This document shows positions 61,915 through 64,000 of a stretch of DNA of 64,000 nucleotides, piece by piece. The translations under genes were made by a program, and so were the position numbers. Within the stretch, counting starts at the first letter, position 1; each line of letters starts with the position of its first letter. The notes beneath the pieces are model-generated. The model was given only the letters and a program-made list of their open reading frames with translations. It had not been told where the DNA came from and did not search any database. Origin of the DNA: Fidelibacterota bacterium (GTDB lineage: Bacteria > Fidelibacterota > UBA2242 > JAFGTP01); contig JAFGTP010000012.1 of the NCBI GenBank assembly GCA_016934035.1, forward strand, positions 11,879 through 75,878, written 5' to 3'.

Positions 61915-62684
61915 TGTTTTTAGCCATTGATATCGGAAATACCAATACCGTCATAGGTGTTTATCATGAAAAAGAACTGATCAACAACTGGCGTCTGGCC
62001 AGTAAAAATGCCAGAACAGTGGATGAATACTGGATTGTGACAAAACTGTTTTGTGATAATGCCGGAATCGATGTTTCAAAAATTGATGGCGCCATTATGG
62101 GTTCCGTTGTTCCGGACCTGACCCAGAATTACCAGCAAATGGTGTCCCAATATTTCCACAGAGAATCGATTGTCGTGAATGACAAAATCAATCTCGGGTT
62201 TGCCTTGAAAGTAGAGGTTCCATCCAGTGTTGGTGCGGACCGGATTTGTAATGTAGCGGCAGCCAGAGTTCAATACCCGTTGCCTGCGGTTGTGGTTGAC
62301 TTGGGTACCGCAACAACCTTTGATGTCATCGATGAAGGCGGGGATTATATTGGTGGTGCTATATCGCCGGGAATTTACACTGCCAGTTCGGAACTGACTC
62401 GAAAAGCTGCGAAACTTTCCAAAATTGATTTAAAAAACCCACTGCATTATATCGGAAAGACAACTGAAGAGCATCTGCTCACCGGAATTTTTACCGGCCA
62501 TATTGCCATGATTGAAGGATTGATTTCACGAATGCAACAGGAATATGGAAAAGAACTCACTGTCATTGCAACCGGTGGATTGTCTCAGGAAATTGCTGAT
62601 CATTGTTCCCTCATTCGGGTGGCCGACAAAAACCTGACTCTGGAGGGCTTGAGAATATTATACGAATTCAACACGGAGCAATGA
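61914..62684 (+). CDS. coaX: Type III pantothenate kinase
   Basis: MFLAIDIGNTNTVIGVY, GADRI and ATGG motifs. The start overlaps the birA stop (TAATG). Confidence 0.9.
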   Translation: MFLAIDIGNTNTVIGVYHEKELINNWRLASKNARTVDEYWIVTKLFCDNAGIDVSKIDGAIMGSVVPDLTQNYQQMVSQYFHRESIVVNDKINLGFALKVEVPSSVGADRICNVAAARVQYPLPAVVVDLGTATTFDVIDEGGDYIGGAISPGIYTASSELTRKAAKLSKIDLKNPLHYIGKTTEEHLLTGIFTGHIAMIEGLISRMQQEYGKELTVIATGGLSQEIADHCSLIRVADKNLTLEGLRILYEFNTEQ

Positions 62685-63421
62685 AACTCATTCGACTTTT
62701 ACTTTTGGTAACCTTACAACTCTCACTCGTCTTGGGAAATCCGGCAGAGGAATTTCATTATGTTGTTCATTATTTTCTTCTTCCTGGCCTTGAAATGAAG
62801 ATGAAAATTTTCAGGGACATTGAATTTGAAGGAGAAAAATATCACCGGATTGATGTTTCCACCCGGACAAAAAAAATCTTTGACAGAATATTTGCCATTG
62901 ATAATTTTTACTCATCTGTTTACCATGCCCTGAACTTTCATTGTCACTATTTTGAAAAAACCATCCGCCAACCCAATGTTGAGCAGCACTTGACTGTCCG
63001 ATATACTGACCATTTGGCTTTCTATTCTACCGGTGAAACAAGACCGGTGGAAAATCATATTTTTGATTTTTTTTCCATGCTCATGTATTTGCGGACCCTG
63101 GATGATGAGCAATTCGAAAAAGAAAGAATCATAATAGATATGGAGGGTGAACTTTTTGAGGTCAGGTTTGAAATTTTACAGGAAGAAGATATCAAAGTCG
63201 CTCACCATGAGGTGCCAACCATTAAAATAAGTTTGATTTATAAAAAATTAAATCCGCTTCAGCCATCGGTTTTAGATTATACAGATATATTTTTTTGGAA
63301 AATTGCAGAAGAAAAAGGAGAAAAATATATCTGGATAGAAAAAGCAGAGTTGCGGCGAATCATCAAGGCCCGGTTTGCTGAAGGGGGCCGATTTCTGGAG
63401 GCTAAACTGACTGAAAAATGA
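62681..63421 (+). CDS. Hypothetical secreted protein (possibly DUF3108-like)
   Basis: The start is moved to ATG 62681 (MKLIRLLLLVTLQLSLVLG), which overlaps the coaX stop (ATGA). The track ORF starts 78 nt earlier, inside coaX. Confidence 0.5.
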   Translation: MKLIRLLLLVTLQLSLVLGNPAEEFHYVVHYFLLPGLEMKMKIFRDIEFEGEKYHRIDVSTRTKKIFDRIFAIDNFYSSVYHALNFHCHYFEKTIRQPNVEQHLTVRYTDHLAFYSTGETRPVENHIFDFFSMLMYLRTLDDEQFEKERIIIDMEGELFEVRFEILQEEDIKVAHHEVPTIKISLIYKKLNPLQPSVLDYTDIFFWKIAEEKGEKYIWIEKAELRRIIKARFAEGGRFLEAKLTEK

Positions 63422-63653
63422 ATTTTTCGAAGGACTGATACCCTTGGCCTTTTGGAAGGAGAATTAAATAACCGATTGGATAAAATCTCAAAAAAATAAA
63501 TGTTAACCCATCAAAATAGACATTTATTGATGGTCGTAATAAGTTCAGACAAAAAGCAAAGGTTAAATTATTTTAAAAATATTAGTAATTTTTGACAACT
63601 TATTTCACTGTTGATAGTCGAAAAGCAGGAATATTTTAAAATGGGAGCATAGA

Positions 63654-64000
63654 ATGAGGTTCAAATGTTTAATTAACAAGGAGATGACTCTGTTCTCCGC
63701 ACTGATCTTTATCGCATCATTTTCTTTCGCTGATGACAACGTGATCAAGGTCGAGCAAATTTACCCGGGGAAAGTGGATATAAAAACCTTTCAGGTGGAC
63801 CAGGAAACCACAGTGGATATATATGGCAAAGGAGCTAAACTGAAAAAACGCAGTCGTAATGTTCTTTGCTATGGATGGATTATCAATGCAGAAACCGGCC
63901 GAACGGAATGGAACTCTCTGAAAATCCTGAAAAATAAATTTATAGATGAAAATGGAATTTTTCCTTTTGAAGATCAGGTGACATTGAACCCCGGTGTTTA
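63654..64000 (+). CDS. Hypothetical secreted protein, 5' part only (runs off the window)
   Basis: GGGAG RBS. My translation gives MRFKCLINKEMTLFSALIFIASFSFADDNVIKVEQIYPGKVDIKTFQVDQ..., open to the window end. Confidence 0.45.
   Translation, partial: MRFKCLINKEMTLFSALIFIASFSFADDNVIKVEQIYPGKVDIKTFQVDQETTVDIYGKGAKLKKRSRNVLCYGWIINAETGRTEWNSLKILKNKFIDENGIFPFEDQVTLNPGV

Noticed and set aside
1-64000. CRISPR arrays, IS elements or prophage genes, and rRNA genes.
   Set aside because: I saw no regularly spaced direct repeats, no transposase, integrase, capsid or terminase-like ORFs, and no rRNA-like conserved segments. The long intergenic regions are AT-rich promoter or leader sequence rather than arrays.

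Overview
This is a 64-kb window from an AT-rich bacterium that uses clear Shine-Dalgarno sites. Six of its large secreted proteins end in the same ~85-aa T9SS type-A C-terminal sorting domain ('NYPNPFNP[ST]T ... G[VT]Y[IF]Y[KRT]L ... KK[CM]..LK'). That points to an FCB-superphylum-like, probably uncultivated lineage, but the exact lineage cannot be fixed from the sequence alone.

Layout:
- (i) 1-9.7 kb: nitrogen assimilation genes on the minus strand (gltD partial, gltB, type III glnN), with a divergent GAF/sigma-54 activator.
- (ii) 9.8-15.8 kb: Ntn-hydrolase-like protein, small membrane protein, MltB-like transglycosylase, amidohydrolase, and a bacterial eRF1/Pelota-like protein with GGQ replaced by GGY.
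- (iii) 15.8-41.3 kb: a surface-protein block. A ~900-bp non-coding leader precedes a 2214-aa CTD protein with its own codon usage. Next come a vWA/LamG/dockerin-like/cohesin-like CTD protein and a triple-cohesin-like CTD protein. On the minus strand sits a three-gene unit (beta-helix/cadherin-like CTD adhesin, PEGA protein, 6xFn3 plus Cys-less FGE-fold lipoprotein) and a separate beta-helix CTD protein.
- (iv) 41.7-49.2 kb: housekeeping (pepC, M48 peptidase, EamA transporter, cysS, UpxY/NusG-like, ddl, gmhB).
- (v) 49.2-55.2 kb: a second surface block. It holds a beta-helix CTD protein, two paralogous Fn3+TPR lipoproteins, and an odd Tat-like W4/H5/P6 mini-ORF between them.
- (vi) 55.3-64 kb: thyX with an orphan GroES-like gene, OPT transporter, hypotheticals, djlA-like, birA, coaX, and secreted hypotheticals.

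I saw no rRNA, tRNA, CRISPR array, transposase, integrase or reverse transcriptase.

Most interesting candidates:
- a cohesin/dockerin-like assembly built on T9SS cargo
- a putative S-layer-type giant protein with tandem promoters, a CRP-type palindrome and a coupled uORF
- the GGQ-less eRF1 homologue
- the W4-H5-P6 mini-ORF

All functional calls come from motif recognition by eye. No database search was run.
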